From contig CAVWFS010000019.1 of NCBI GenBank assembly GCA_963754315.1, positions 416,001 through 480,000 on the forward strand: 64,000 bases of DNA. Reading direction: 5' to 3'. Under the pieces are notes generated by a model. That model did not search any database, had not been told where the DNA came from, and saw only the letters and a list, made by a program, of their open reading frames with translations. Made by a program: the position numbers and the translations under genes. This document shows, piece by piece, positions 11,577 to 21,944 of the stretch (position 1 is its first letter; every line of letters begins with the position of its first letter). This DNA comes from an uncultured Candidatus Rokubacteria bacterium (GTDB taxonomy: Bacteria; Methylomirabilota; Methylomirabilia; Rokubacteriales; CSP1-6).

Positions 11577-12647
11577 TCAGTGTCCCACGCGCTCGAGCTT
11601 CTCGGCTTGCTCGGCCGCGGCGAGGGCGTCGATGATCTCGTCGATGTCACCCTCCAGAACATCCGGTAGACGGTGGATGGTGAGGCCGATTCGATGGTCG
11701 GTGACCCGCGTCTGGGGGACGTTGTAGGTACGGATCCGTTCACTGCGCTCGCCGGTTCCCACCTGACTCCGGCGGTCGGCGGCAATGGCCGCCGCCTGTT
11801 CTTCCTGCGCTCGCTCTAACAGCCGAGCCCGTAAGACGCGCATGGCCTTCGCACGGTTCTTGATCTGCGAGCGTTCGTCCTGGCAAGTCACCACCAGCCC
11901 AGTGGGCAGATGCGTGATGCGGACGGCGGAGTCAGTGGTGTTGACCCCCTGCCCGCCCGGCCCCGAGGCCCGGTACACATCGACCTTGAGGTCCTTGTCG
12001 TCGACCTTCACGTCGACCTCCTCCGCCTCCGGAAGCACGGCAACCGTCACCGTCGAGGTGTGGATACGCCCGCTCGCTTCGGTGGCTGGCACGCGCTGCA
12101 CCCGATGGACGCCCCGCTCGAACTTGAGGCGGCTCCACGCGCCCCGTCCCTGAACGAAGAGGACCACCTCCTTGAGCCCCCCCACCCCAGTCGCACTGGC
12201 GTCCATGATCTCGACTTTCCAGCGCTGGCGCTCGGCGTACTTCTGGTACATGCGCGCCAAGTCGGCGGCGAACAGCGCCGCCTCCTCGCCACCGGCCCCC
12301 GCCCGAATCTCGACGAAGACGCTCTTCTCCTCGTTGGGGTCCTTGGGAAGAAGCAGACGGGTGATCTCCGCCTCGAGCGCCGTTTGCCGCGCCGTGAGCG
12401 AGGTCACCTCCGCCTGGGCCAGTTCCTGCAGCTCTCGATCGTTGCCCTCGGCGAGCTGGCGCGCGTCGGTGAGCTGCTTCAGCACCTCCCGGTACTCGCT
12501 GAATCGCTCCACGATCTCGCTGGCCTCGGCGTGCTCCTTGCGCAGCCGCGCGTAGTCGGGTCGCGCATGAGCTCCCGGATCAGCCAAGAGCCCGGCGATG
12601 GCCTGCGACCGTTCCTCGATCTGGCGTAGCCTGTCGAAGAGCATCAT
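11577..12647 (-). CDS. prfA: peptide chain release factor 1
   Basis: RVPATE (PxT motif), [16 protein letters not shown]. Confidence 0.97.
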   Translation of the reverse strand: MMLFDRLRQIEERSQAIAGLLADPGAHARPDYARLRKEHAEASEIVERFSEYREVLKQLTDARQLAEGNDRELQELAQAEVTSLTARQTALEAEITRLLLPKDPNEEKSVFVEIRAGAGGEEAALFAADLARMYQKYAERQRWKVEIMDASATGVGGLKEVVLFVQGRGAWSRLKFERGVHRVQRVPATEASGRIHTSTVTVAVLPEAEEVDVKVDDKDLKVDVYRASGPGGQGVNTTDSAVRITHLPTGLVVTCQDERSQIKNRAKAMRVLRARLLERAQEEQAAAIAADRRSQVGTGERSERIRTYNVPQTRVTDHRIGLTIHRLPDVLEGDIDEIIDALAAAEQAEKLERVGH

Positions 12648-12833
12648 GGTTCTGCCAACATTCGCCGGACGCTCAGTCGCGCCTGGCAGACGGAAGAAAG
12701 ACGGAGGGTAAGGATGGGCGGAGACATGAGAGGACTGCTGCTGCCGTCCGATGGGCGAGACGGGGAAACCAGCTCGCAGTTCCCCCCAACCGATCGGGAG
12801 GTTCGGTGGGCCTTTTCGTAGCCCCCCGTATCC

Positions 12834-13046
12834 TCAGGACGCCGAAGGCGCGCGCTTGTACTTCCGCTGAAACCGCTCGACGCGGCCAGCGGTGTCGAGG
12901 AGCTTCTGCTTACCCGTGTAGAACGGATGGCACTTGGCGCAGATCTCCACGCGGATGTCCGGTCGAGTCGAGCGAGTGTGAATGACCTCACCGCAGGCGC
13001 ACGTGATGGTCGTGTCGACATAGTCGGGGTGAATACCCACCTTCAC
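12834..13046 (-). CDS. rpmE: 50S ribosomal protein L31 (Zn-binding type)
   Basis: [28 protein letters not shown] start with GGAGGT Shine-Dalgarno. Confidence 0.95.
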   Translation of the reverse strand: MKVGIHPDYVDTTITCACGEVIHTRSTRPDIRVEICAKCHPFYTGKQKLLDTAGRVERFQRKYKRAPSAS

Positions 13047-13072
13047 AGATCCCACCTCCCTGAAAGAACTCC

Positions 13073-13081
13073 ACAATACCA
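13073..13081 (-). promoter_or_regulatory. putative extended -10 promoter of rpmE (TGgTATTGT)
   Basis: TGnTAnnnT in an AT-rich patch about 27 nt upstream of the rpmE start. Confidence 0.5.
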
Positions 13082-13097
13082 CAACAAAAACTTGAGT

Positions 13098-13542
13098 CCC
13101 TTCGAGGCCCCATGCACCGTGCGAATTGCCGAGGGCCGCCGCGTGCTCCCCGGGTGACTCGAGCACGGTGGGGCTAGGGGGGCCCTTTCGAGGCCCGAAA
13201 CCCCGCGTGTTCCCGAGGGGCGCGCCGGGTTCCCCGGGGTGCCCCGAGCGCTTGGGGGGCCAGGGGGGCCCTTTCGAGGCCCGAAACCCCGCGTGTTCCC
13301 GAGGGGCGCGCCGGGTTCCCCGGGGTGCCCCGAGCGCTGGGGGGGCCAGGGGGGCCCTTCGAGGCCCGAAACCGCGCGTATTCCCGAGGGGCGCGCCGGG
13401 TTCCCCGGGGTGCCCCGAGCGCTGGGGGGGCCAGGGGGGCCCTTTCGAGGCCCGAAACCGTGCGTATTCCCGAGGGGCGACCCGGGTTTCCCGGGGCGGC
13501 CCGAGCGCTGGGGGGCCAGGGGGGCCCTTTCGGGGCCCCCCT
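13098..13542. repeat. tandem array of 85-86 bp GC-rich palindromic (REP-like) units
   Basis: Unit starts at 13176, 13262, 13348 and 13433; degenerate unit from about 13098; terminal perfect hairpin AGGGGGGCCC-TTTCG-GGGCCCCCCT at 13518-13542. Confidence 0.95.
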
Positions 13543-13556
13543 ACTAACGATCCCCC

Positions 13557-14903
<1,347 letters not shown>

Positions 14904-14975
14904 CGCTCTGAGTAAGTTGCGTTGCGGCTGTGGACACCAGATTTTCTGTGGGGTTGGACCGCGACTTCGCCTCGT

Positions 14976-15004
14976 ATGCTCGCATCGGGCCGAAGCCTTG
15001 TCAA
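14976..15004 (-). promoter_or_regulatory. putative sigma70 promoter of rho
   Basis: Perfect TTGACA at 15004-14999, 17-nt spacer, imperfect TGc-GAGCAT -10. Confidence 0.45.
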
Positions 15005-15017
15005 TCTTTTTTATACC

Positions 15018-16124
15018 TCACAGGCGCACCTCGATGATCGCGCGCTGCTTGATCTCCTTCAACCAGGCCTCCAGACGCGCCTCATACTTCTCGCGAAACA
15101 AGATGTCACGGATCTGCTGGCGGGCACGTTCCTGTCCCTGCCCTTCCAGGGTTTCCTTCGATTCGAGCTTGAAGAGGTGGTACCCGAGCGTTGAGCGGTA
15201 CGGTTGGGAGACATCCCCCGGCGCCAGTTTCAGGATCTCGCTCTCGATGTCGGCGGCCAACTCGCCGCGCTTGAGCGTTCCTAGATCGCCCCCGTCCTTG
15301 GCACTCGCATCCCGCGACGTGCTGCGCGCCGTCTCGGCGAAGTCGGCGCCGGCCACGATCTGCTGACGAATGAGATCGGCGCGGATCCGAGCCGCTTCCC
15401 ACGCCGCGTCTTCGGCGCCGCCGCCCTCGGGGACGATCAGAATGTTACGCGCGTGATAGGGCAGGCCCTGTTCGAGCTTGCCGCGGTTCTGCTCCAGATA
15501 CTGGTCAATCTCTTTGTCGTTGACGCTGACGCGGAGGGTGACCTTACGGCGCACGACCTTGCCCAGCCGTAGTCCTTCCCGGATTCGCCGTTTGACGGAT
15601 TCCACGGACAAACCCTGAGCCTTCATGGCCTCCTCGAAGTCCTGCCGGGTCGGGTTCCCGGGCAGCTTCTTGAGCCGTGCGCTGAGCTCCTCGTCGACCT
15701 CGACATCCTCGACAATGATCTTTTCCCGGTCTGCCTCCTGAAGCTGCAAGCGCATGTCGATCAACCGAGAGAGGAACTCCTTGGCCAGGTCTTCGTCGGA
15801 CGGCATCTGGCCACGGTTCTCCTGCTTGGCCGCCACGATGCTCTCCTGGACCTCCATGAGGGTGATGGCGTCGTTGTTCACGACCGCGACCACACGGTCG
15901 GTGACCGCGTCGTCATCCAGGCTGACCCGCGGTGCCTCGGCGGGCGCCGATCCAGCAGGCTTGCTCTCCCCGGCGGCGGGCGCGGCAGCCACCGACGGTG
16001 GGGGTTCCGCCTTGCCCGACTTGCCGATCAGAGGTACCCACGCCGGTACCGCACAGCCGCCCGCAAGCACCAGCACGATGACGAGCGCAATCAGCTTCCA
16101 CCGCGCGCCAACGAGGGCCCCCAT
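15018..16124 (-). CDS. surA: SurA-family parvulin PPIase/chaperone (probable lipoprotein)
   Basis: LAGGC lipobox, DRVVAVVNNDAIT, SAKDGGDLG; usual position after mfd. Confidence 0.85.
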   Translation of the reverse strand: MGALVGARWKLIALVIVLVLAGGCAVPAWVPLIGKSGKAEPPPSVAAAPAAGESKPAGSAPAEAPRVSLDDDAVTDRVVAVVNNDAITLMEVQESIVAAKQENRGQMPSDEDLAKEFLSRLIDMRLQLQEADREKIIVEDVEVDEELSARLKKLPGNPTRQDFEEAMKAQGLSVESVKRRIREGLRLGKVVRRKVTLRVSVNDKEIDQYLEQNRGKLEQGLPYHARNILIVPEGGGAEDAAWEAARIRADLIRQQIVAGADFAETARSTSRDASAKDGGDLGTLKRGELAADIESEILKLAPGDVSQPYRSTLGYHLFKLESKETLEGQGQERARQQIRDILFREKYEARLEAWLKEIKQRAIIEVRL

Positions 16125-16125
16125 T

Positions 16126-19100
16126 TCAATGCACCTCCGCGAGGAGTCGCAGGACTGCATCGCGCACGGCGGGCCACGGTGCCCGCGGGACGGTCGCCTC
16201 CATGGTGAACTCTCGCTTGAACCGCAGACGGCCACGGCTCTGCTGCACGGCTTGCACGAGCCGCTGCGGGTCGACCGGTGTACTGGGGGCAAACGTGATC
16301 AGCGCCTTTCCCTCTCCGACCTCGACCTTTTCCACGGCGACCGCCCGCGCCGCCACCCGGATACGGACGGTATCGAGCAGCTGCCTCGCGACCGGGGGCA
16401 GCGGTCCGAAGCGGTCCGCCAGTTCCGCGCCGAGCTCGGACACGGCGGACTCGTTCTCGGCGGCGGCCAAGCGCTTGTAGAGCGCCAGGCGTTGATTGAC
16501 CTCCGGAACGTAGTCCTCGGGCAGCAAACCCTCGACGGGGACGCTGATGACGGGCTCGACGGCGGCGGCCGTCGGTTCACCGTGCAATTCTCGCACGGCC
16601 TCGGCGAGAAGCTTGGAATAAAGATCGTAGCCGACCGCCGCGATGTGGCCGTGCTGCTCAGGGCCGAGGAGATTGCCCGCCCCCCGGATCTCGAGATCCC
16701 GCAGGGCCAGCTTGAAGCCGGAACCCAGCTCCGTCAGCTCCTGCAGGACCCGAAGCCTGCGCTGCGCTTGCTCGTCCACGCGGCCGTCGGCGGGCACGAG
16801 AAGGTACGCGAACGCCTGCTGCCGCTCGCGGCCCACCCGGCCACGGAGCTGGTAGAGCTGGGCCAGTCCGAAACGATCGGCGCGGTTAACGATGATCGTG
16901 TTGGAGGCGGGGATATCCAGCCCTGACTCCACGATGGCGGTCGACACGAGCACGTCGGCCTGTCCGGTGACGAACCGCACCATGGTCGCCTCCAGCTCGC
17001 GCTCGCGCATCTGACCATGGGCCATCACGATCCGCGCCTCGGGAACCAGTTCCTGGATGAGACGGACCATCGAGGGCAGCGACTGGATCCGGTTGTGGAC
17101 GAAGAAAACCTGGCCCCCCCGGGCGAGCTCACGCTCCAGGGCCTCCTTGATGACCGCCTTGCTGAAACGGCGCACGAAGGTCTCGACGGGCAGCCGCTCC
17201 AGGGGCGCCGTCTCGATGACGGACATGTCACGCACACCCGAGAGCGACATGTAGAGAGTGCGCGGAATGGGAGTGGCCGTCAGCGCGAGCACATCGACCG
17301 AGGCCCGGAGCTGCTTCATGCGTTCCTTATGCGCGACCCCGAAGCGATGCTCCTCGTCGACGATGAGAAGACCGAGATTCTTGAAGCTGACGTCCTTGGA
17401 CAAGAGCCGATGGGTACCAATCACCACGTCCACTGCGCCCTGACGGAGCGCATCGAGCACGAGCTTCTGCTCCTTCGCCGAGCGAAAGCGTGAGAGAAGC
17501 TCGACCTTGGCCGGGAACGCCGCGAAGCGGTCGCTGAACGTGTTCCAGTGCTGCTGGGCGAGCACGGTGGTGGGCACCAGCACGGCCACCTGGTGGCCGT
17601 CGGCCACGGCCTTGAAGGCGGCCCGCAACGCCACCTCCGTCTTGCCGTACCCCACGTCCCCTGCCACCAGCCGATCCATGGGACGTGTGCGCTCCATGTC
17701 GCGCTTGGCCTCCTCGATGGCGCGCAGCTGGTCGGGGGTCTCCTCGAAGCGGAAGGCGGCCTCGAATTCGTGCTGCCACGGCGTATCGGGCGAGAAAGCC
17801 TTGCCCTCGGCCACCGCCCGCGCCGCATACAGCCGCAAGAGTGCCTCCGCCATCTCGCGCAGCGCGGCCCGCACCGACTCCTTCACGCGTTGCCACTGGG
17901 CCCCCCCCAGGCGATCCAGCCGGGCCGCCTCTTCGTCGCCACCGAGATACTTCGAGATCAGGTCGAGGCGTTCCACGGGAAGATACAGCTGGTTTCGCTC
18001 GGCGTATTCCAGGAGGAGGAAGTCGCCATCCCGATCACCGATGCTCATCGTGCGCAGGCCAAGATAGCGACCGATGCCGTGGTCCTCGTGCACGACCAGG
18101 TCGCCCACCTCCAGATCGGTGAAGGCCGTGATGGGCGATCCGCGCTGATACTTCGGCCGGGCCAGCGAACGCCGACGCGCTCCGTAGACCTCTTGCTCGG
18201 ATAGAACGATCACGCCGAGGGCGGTCAGGGAGAATCCCGCGGAGCATTCCCCGACGAGCACGGTCAACCAGGGCTGGCCCGCAGTATCCCCCGCGACGGC
18301 CTGGGAGGCCCAGCCACCGGGACTCGCTACCGTCGCCTCGAACTGATGCTCACGCAAGATCCTCTGAAGATGCTCGGCCTGATGGGTGTCGGCGGCGACG
18401 AACACCACCTTGAACCCCTCGTCCCGCCACCGCTGGAGGTCGGCCGCCAGACGTCGGAACTGGCCGCCGAACGACGGGATCGCATGAGTGTCGAGCACGA
18501 CCTCTGCGGTACTGCTCGTGTCACCCGAGGACGTCTCGGCCACCAGGGTCAGCTCGATGAGCTGACGATCTCCCAGCAGGGTGGCGAGCGGGGTACGCGC
18601 CGCTGCCTCGTCACCGCTTTCGTCCAAGAGCTTCGGTGAGTCCACGATTGCGGGTGCCGCTGCGGGCAGGTAGTCGAGCAGGCCGGCGCGGCCCGGTCCC
18701 TCGCTCTCTTGACCATCGGGGAGCGGCAGCACCGACAGCTCGTTGAGCACCAAGGTCGAACGCTGGGAGGTCGGGTCGAAGAGGCGGATGGTCTCTACGT
18801 CATCCCCGAAGAACTCCAGACGTACCGGCGCCGTGTGCGCGGGGCTGAAGATGTCCACAATGCCGCCTCGCACGCTGTATTGACCGACTTCTACCACGGT
18901 GTCGGCGCGCTCATAGCGGGCCTCGGCCAGAGCCTCCAGCAAGAGCTCGCGATCCAATCGATCGCCCACACTCAGGCGCAGCAGGCGGTCCGCGAACTCG
19001 GCGCGGGGCGGCAGGGGGACGTCGAGGGCGGCCCGCGTGGCCACCACCACGATGGGTTCGCTGGCGAGCAGGCGGCGACAGACCAGCGCGCGCTCGGCGT

Positions 19101-19374
19101 CGGCCTCACGGTGGTGGCCACCGCGCCACAGGCGTGGCTCCGCCTCCGGGAACTCCATGGCCTCGGCGCCGAAGAACTTCAGATCGCCGGCAAAGCGTCG
19201 CGCCTCGGCAAGGCTGGCCACCAGTACGAGGGCCGGCCGCGGGTGGGCGTGGAGTAGCTCCGCAACCACCAGCGGTCGCGCGCCCCCGCTGAGCCCGCCC
19301 ACGCGGATGTGGGTGTGTCCTTCGGCGACCATTTTCGAGAGCGCTTGGAAGGGAGGCCACTCGGCGATCATCAC
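16126..19374 (-). CDS. mfd: transcription-repair coupling factor
   Basis: [46 protein letters not shown]. Confidence 0.97.
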   Translation of the reverse strand: MMIAEWPPFQALSKMVAEGHTHIRVGGLSGGARPLVVAELLHAHPRPALVLVASLAEARRFAGDLKFFGAEAMEFPEAEPRLWRGGHHREADAERALVCRRLLASEPIVVVATRAALDVPLPPRAEFADRLLRLSVGDRLDRELLLEALAEARYERADTVVEVGQYSVRGGIVDIFSPAHTAPVRLEFFGDDVETIRLFDPTSQRSTLVLNELSVLPLPDGQESEGPGRAGLLDYLPAAAPAIVDSPKLLDESGDEAAARTPLATLLGDRQLIELTLVAETSSGDTSSTAEVVLDTHAIPSFGGQFRRLAADLQRWRDEGFKVVFVAADTHQAEHLQRILREHQFEATVASPGGWASQAVAGDTAGQPWLTVLVGECSAGFSLTALGVIVLSEQEVYGARRRSLARPKYQRGSPITAFTDLEVGDLVVHEDHGIGRYLGLRTMSIGDRDGDFLLLEYAERNQLYLPVERLDLISKYLGGDEEAARLDRLGGAQWQRVKESVRAALREMAEALLRLYAARAVAEGKAFSPDTPWQHEFEAAFRFEETPDQLRAIEEAKRDMERTRPMDRLVAGDVGYGKTEVALRAAFKAVADGHQVAVLVPTTVLAQQHWNTFSDRFAAFPAKVELLSRFRSAKEQKLVLDALRQGAVDVVIGTHRLLSKDVSFKNLGLLIVDEEHRFGVAHKERMKQLRASVDVLALTATPIPRTLYMSLSGVRDMSVIETAPLERLPVETFVRRFSKAVIKEALERELARGGQVFFVHNRIQSLPSMVRLIQELVPEARIVMAHGQMRERELEATMVRFVTGQADVLVSTAIVESGLDIPASNTIIVNRADRFGLAQLYQLRGRVGRERQQAFAYLLVPADGRVDEQAQRRLRVLQELTELGSGFKLALRDLEIRGAGNLLGPEQHGHIAAVGYDLYSKLLAEAVRELHGEPTAAAVEPVISVPVEGLLPEDYVPEVNQRLALYKRLAAAENESAVSELGAELADRFGPLPPVARQLLDTVRIRVAARAVAVEKVEVGEGKALITFAPSTPVDPQRLVQAVQQSRGRLRFKREFTMEATVPRAPWPAVRDAVLRLLAEVH

Positions 19375-19388
19375 GCTTACCGCACGTC

Positions 19389-20039
19389 CTAACGGGTGTC
19401 TTTGGCCAGGTAGAAGCTCAAGGTCTCCAGCTCGATGGAAAGGTCGACATTCTTCAGCCTGACCTCACGCGTCACGCGCAGGCGCGCGGGCGCGAAGTTG
19501 AGCACAGCCCGCACCCCGGCCGCCGCCAGCTGGTCGGCCACCCCCTGTGCACCATCCGCCGGTACCGCCACGATGGCGATCTGGACACCGCGTGCCCGAA
19601 GCTCGCGCGCCATGTCTTTCGTGCCCAGGATAGGCACATCGTCGGCGCTCCGCCCGATCTTGAGCGGATCGTCGTCGAAAATGACGGCGATCCGAAAGCC
19701 CTGCCGGCCGAACCCCTTATAGTGGAAGAGCGCCGAGCCGAGGTTCCCGAAACCCACCAGCGCAATGGGCCACTCCCGGTCGAGCCCCAGGATGCGCTGC
19801 AGTTCCGCCTTGAGGCCCGCCACATAGTAGCCGATGCCGCGGACGCCGAACTCCCCGAAGTACGCGAGATCCTTGCGTACCTGGGCGGAGTTCAGCCCGA
19901 AGCGCTCTGCCAGGTCCTGTGAGGAAATGGTCTTGACGCCATCCTCCTCCAGCTGCTGCAGGCACCGCGTGTACACGGAGAGACGGCGGATCGTCATCTC
20001 CGGGATCTTGCTATATCGATAGTTCGGACGTGGTGCCAT
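19389..20039 (-). CDS. rex: redox-sensing transcriptional repressor Rex
   Basis: TIRRLSVY, QVRKDLAYFGEFG, VGFGNLG, VLNFAP. Confidence 0.95.
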   Translation of the reverse strand: MAPRPNYRYSKIPEMTIRRLSVYTRCLQQLEEDGVKTISSQDLAERFGLNSAQVRKDLAYFGEFGVRGIGYYVAGLKAELQRILGLDREWPIALVGFGNLGSALFHYKGFGRQGFRIAVIFDDDPLKIGRSADDVPILGTKDMARELRARGVQIAIVAVPADGAQGVADQLAAAGVRAVLNFAPARLRVTREVRLKNVDLSIELETLSFYLAKDTR

Positions 20040-20049
20040 GCGGATCCGT

Positions 20050-20086
20050 CCGTCGGGCGCGCCTGCGGTGCCTCGGCGCCCGACGG
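20050..20086. terminator. 11-bp perfect stem-loop between atpE and rex
   Basis: CCGTCGGGCGC (20050-60) pairs with GCGCCCGACGG (20076-86); no U-tract. Confidence 0.45.
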
Positions 20087-20097
20087 GGCCCGGTCTG

Positions 20098-20415
20098 CTA
20101 CTTGATGGGTTGCACGAACAAGAGAATCATCGCCACCACGAGAACGTAAATCGCAAGCGACTCGATCAGGGCCAGACCGATAATCATCGCCGTTTGAATC
20201 CGCGCTGCCGCCCCCGGCTGGCGAGCCATGGCGTCCACGGCGGCGGCGATCGCCTTGCCCTGCCCGAGGCCGCACAGCCCGGCCGCGAATGCCATGGCGA
20301 AGCCTGCGACCAGGACACCGAACGGCCCCACCCAGCCGCCGCCACCCTCGGCAGCCATGGCCAACCCAGGTACTCCGAGAACCGCTATCCCTGCCAGAAT
20401 CAGTGAACGTCGCAC
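20098..20415 (-). CDS. atpE: F0 ATP synthase subunit c with N-terminal signal-like extension
   Basis: GLGQG, ARQPGA loop, IESLAIY. Confidence 0.95.
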   Translation of the reverse strand: MRRSLILAGIAVLGVPGLAMAAEGGGGWVGPFGVLVAGFAMAFAAGLCGLGQGKAIAAAVDAMARQPGAAARIQTAMIIGLALIESLAIYVLVVAMILLFVQPIK

Positions 20416-20451
20416 GCCCGCCCTCCTGTGTACATGTGTGGTGCTCGCTCG

Positions 20452-21240
20452 CTACAGGTGTTCCTGCGTGTGCTCATCGCTGTGGCCCTCGTGCCCCTCG
20501 GCGTGCTCGAGAGCGCCCGCGATGTAGAGCATGGTCAGCATCACGAAGATGAAGGCTTGGAGAAACGACACGAGGATCTTCAATGGGTAGAGGAACCCCA
20601 CCGTGAAGGCGATCATGATCAACCCGCCCAGCCCACCCACCAGCGCCCCTCCCACCGACCCGGACAGGGCCCAGCCGATGAGTCCGTCCAGCCCCATCAA
20701 GAAAAAAATGATCGCGAGGAGGATATGTCCGCCCGTCATGTTGCCGAACAGACGCAGGGAGAGCGATAGGGGCCGGGCCAGGTGACTGATGACCTCGATG
20801 GGCACCATGAGCGGCGCCAACCACACGACCGGTCCCATGAAGTGCCTGAGATAGGCCTTGAGGCCCTGGTTCTTGACCCCGATGTAGTGGTACGCGAAGA
20901 ACACCACGAGGGCGCAGGCGGCCGTTGTGTTGAGATTCCCTGTGGGTCGTTCCAGACCCGGCACGAGGCTCATCAGGTTGGCCAGCAGAATGAAGAGCCC
21001 CAGGGTGGCGATGAGGGGGAGATAACGCCGACCATCGTGCCCGATCACGTCGTCGATCAGCCCGTTGAACTGCTCGAGCACAACCTCCATGAAGTTCTGC
21101 ACACCGACGGGGACCAGGGAGGCGCGCCGGGTCGCCGCGTAGCTCACGGCCACCAGAATGATCATGGCCAGCCACGTATACGTGACGTGGTCGGGGATAC
21201 CGGGAAGGCTAAAGACAGGAGGATGCTCGATCGCGCCCAT
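20452..21240 (-). CDS. atpB: F0 ATP synthase subunit a
   Basis: RPLSLSLRLFGN, LQAFIF. Confidence 0.96.
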   Translation of the reverse strand: MGAIEHPPVFSLPGIPDHVTYTWLAMIILVAVSYAATRRASLVPVGVQNFMEVVLEQFNGLIDDVIGHDGRRYLPLIATLGLFILLANLMSLVPGLERPTGNLNTTAACALVVFFAYHYIGVKNQGLKAYLRHFMGPVVWLAPLMVPIEVISHLARPLSLSLRLFGNMTGGHILLAIIFFLMGLDGLIGWALSGSVGGALVGGLGGLIMIAFTVGFLYPLKILVSFLQAFIFVMLTMLYIAGALEHAEGHEGHSDEHTQEHL

Positions 21241-21241
21241 G

Positions 21242-21607
21242 TCAGCCTTGGCGGCTCGCCTCCGCCAGCCCGCATCTGATCAAGATGCACGGCAACAGGG
21301 TGAACCCGACGACGACTCCCAGCGGGTGTGCCCACTCGCTCGCCACCAGAGCCGCGATGGCGGCGGCCAACGCGGCAAACCGGACGCCGAAGCCGAAGGC
21401 CCATCCGACTACTGCCCCATCCGGGTGTCCAAGAACACCAACGACACGTCGGGAGAGCCACCGGAAATTCGCGATGGCCATCGCCCCGCCCGCGCATACG
21501 CCGGCCGCGGCCGCAACGCCGCCCGCCCATCCCGCGAGCAGGGTGAGGACCACCACGACGCAGCCCGTCTCGAACGTCACGCGCGACGTCAACTCAGTCG
21601 GGTTCAT
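21242..21607 (-). CDS. atpI: ATP synthase protein I
   Basis: 4-TM hydrophobic protein directly upstream of atpB. Confidence 0.75.
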   Translation of the reverse strand: MNPTELTSRVTFETGCVVVVLTLLAGWAGGVAAAAGVCAGGAMAIANFRWLSRRVVGVLGHPDGAVVGWAFGFGVRFAALAAAIAALVASEWAHPLGVVVGFTLLPCILIRCGLAEASRQG

Positions 21608-21837
21608 CGATCATGCATTCTTCGTTCAGCCGCCTTGACGGAGCGATACATGCTCACGAAACCGGCCGCGATCCCGAAGGCGAGGCCGACCAACAAGAGC
21701 CACGGGCTCGTGCCGAGCCACTGATCGGCGTAGTAGCCAGCGACCATTCCGATCACTGTGGCGAGCACCAAGGTCATGCCAATCGAGCTAAGCTCGCCGA
21801 GCCCTGCCCAGGCCGACGGCTCCTTGGGCTCCGCCAT
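21604..21837 (-). CDS. AtpZ/AtpI-family small membrane protein
   Basis: GYYADQWLGTSPWLLLVGLAFGIAAGF motif; first gene of the operon. Confidence 0.85.
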   Translation of the reverse strand: MAEPKEPSAWAGLGELSSIGMTLVLATVIGMVAGYYADQWLGTSPWLLLVGLAFGIAAGFVSMYRSVKAAERRMHDR

Positions 21838-21944
21838 GTGAACAAAGACACTAGCACAAGCCCATGGCGATCACAAGGCCGGCATAAAGTACTGAAAAAG
21901 AAAGATTTATGAGGTCCCGGGGTCTGCACCGACAACGCACAAGC

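Noticed and set aside
13098..13542. CRISPR array
   Set aside because: Units are similar along their whole length, with no unique spacers and no cas genes nearby
21838..21860. Rex operator upstream of atpZ (TGTGAA...GCACAA)
   Set aside because: Half-site spacing is too long for the TTGTGAA-N4-TTCACAA consensus
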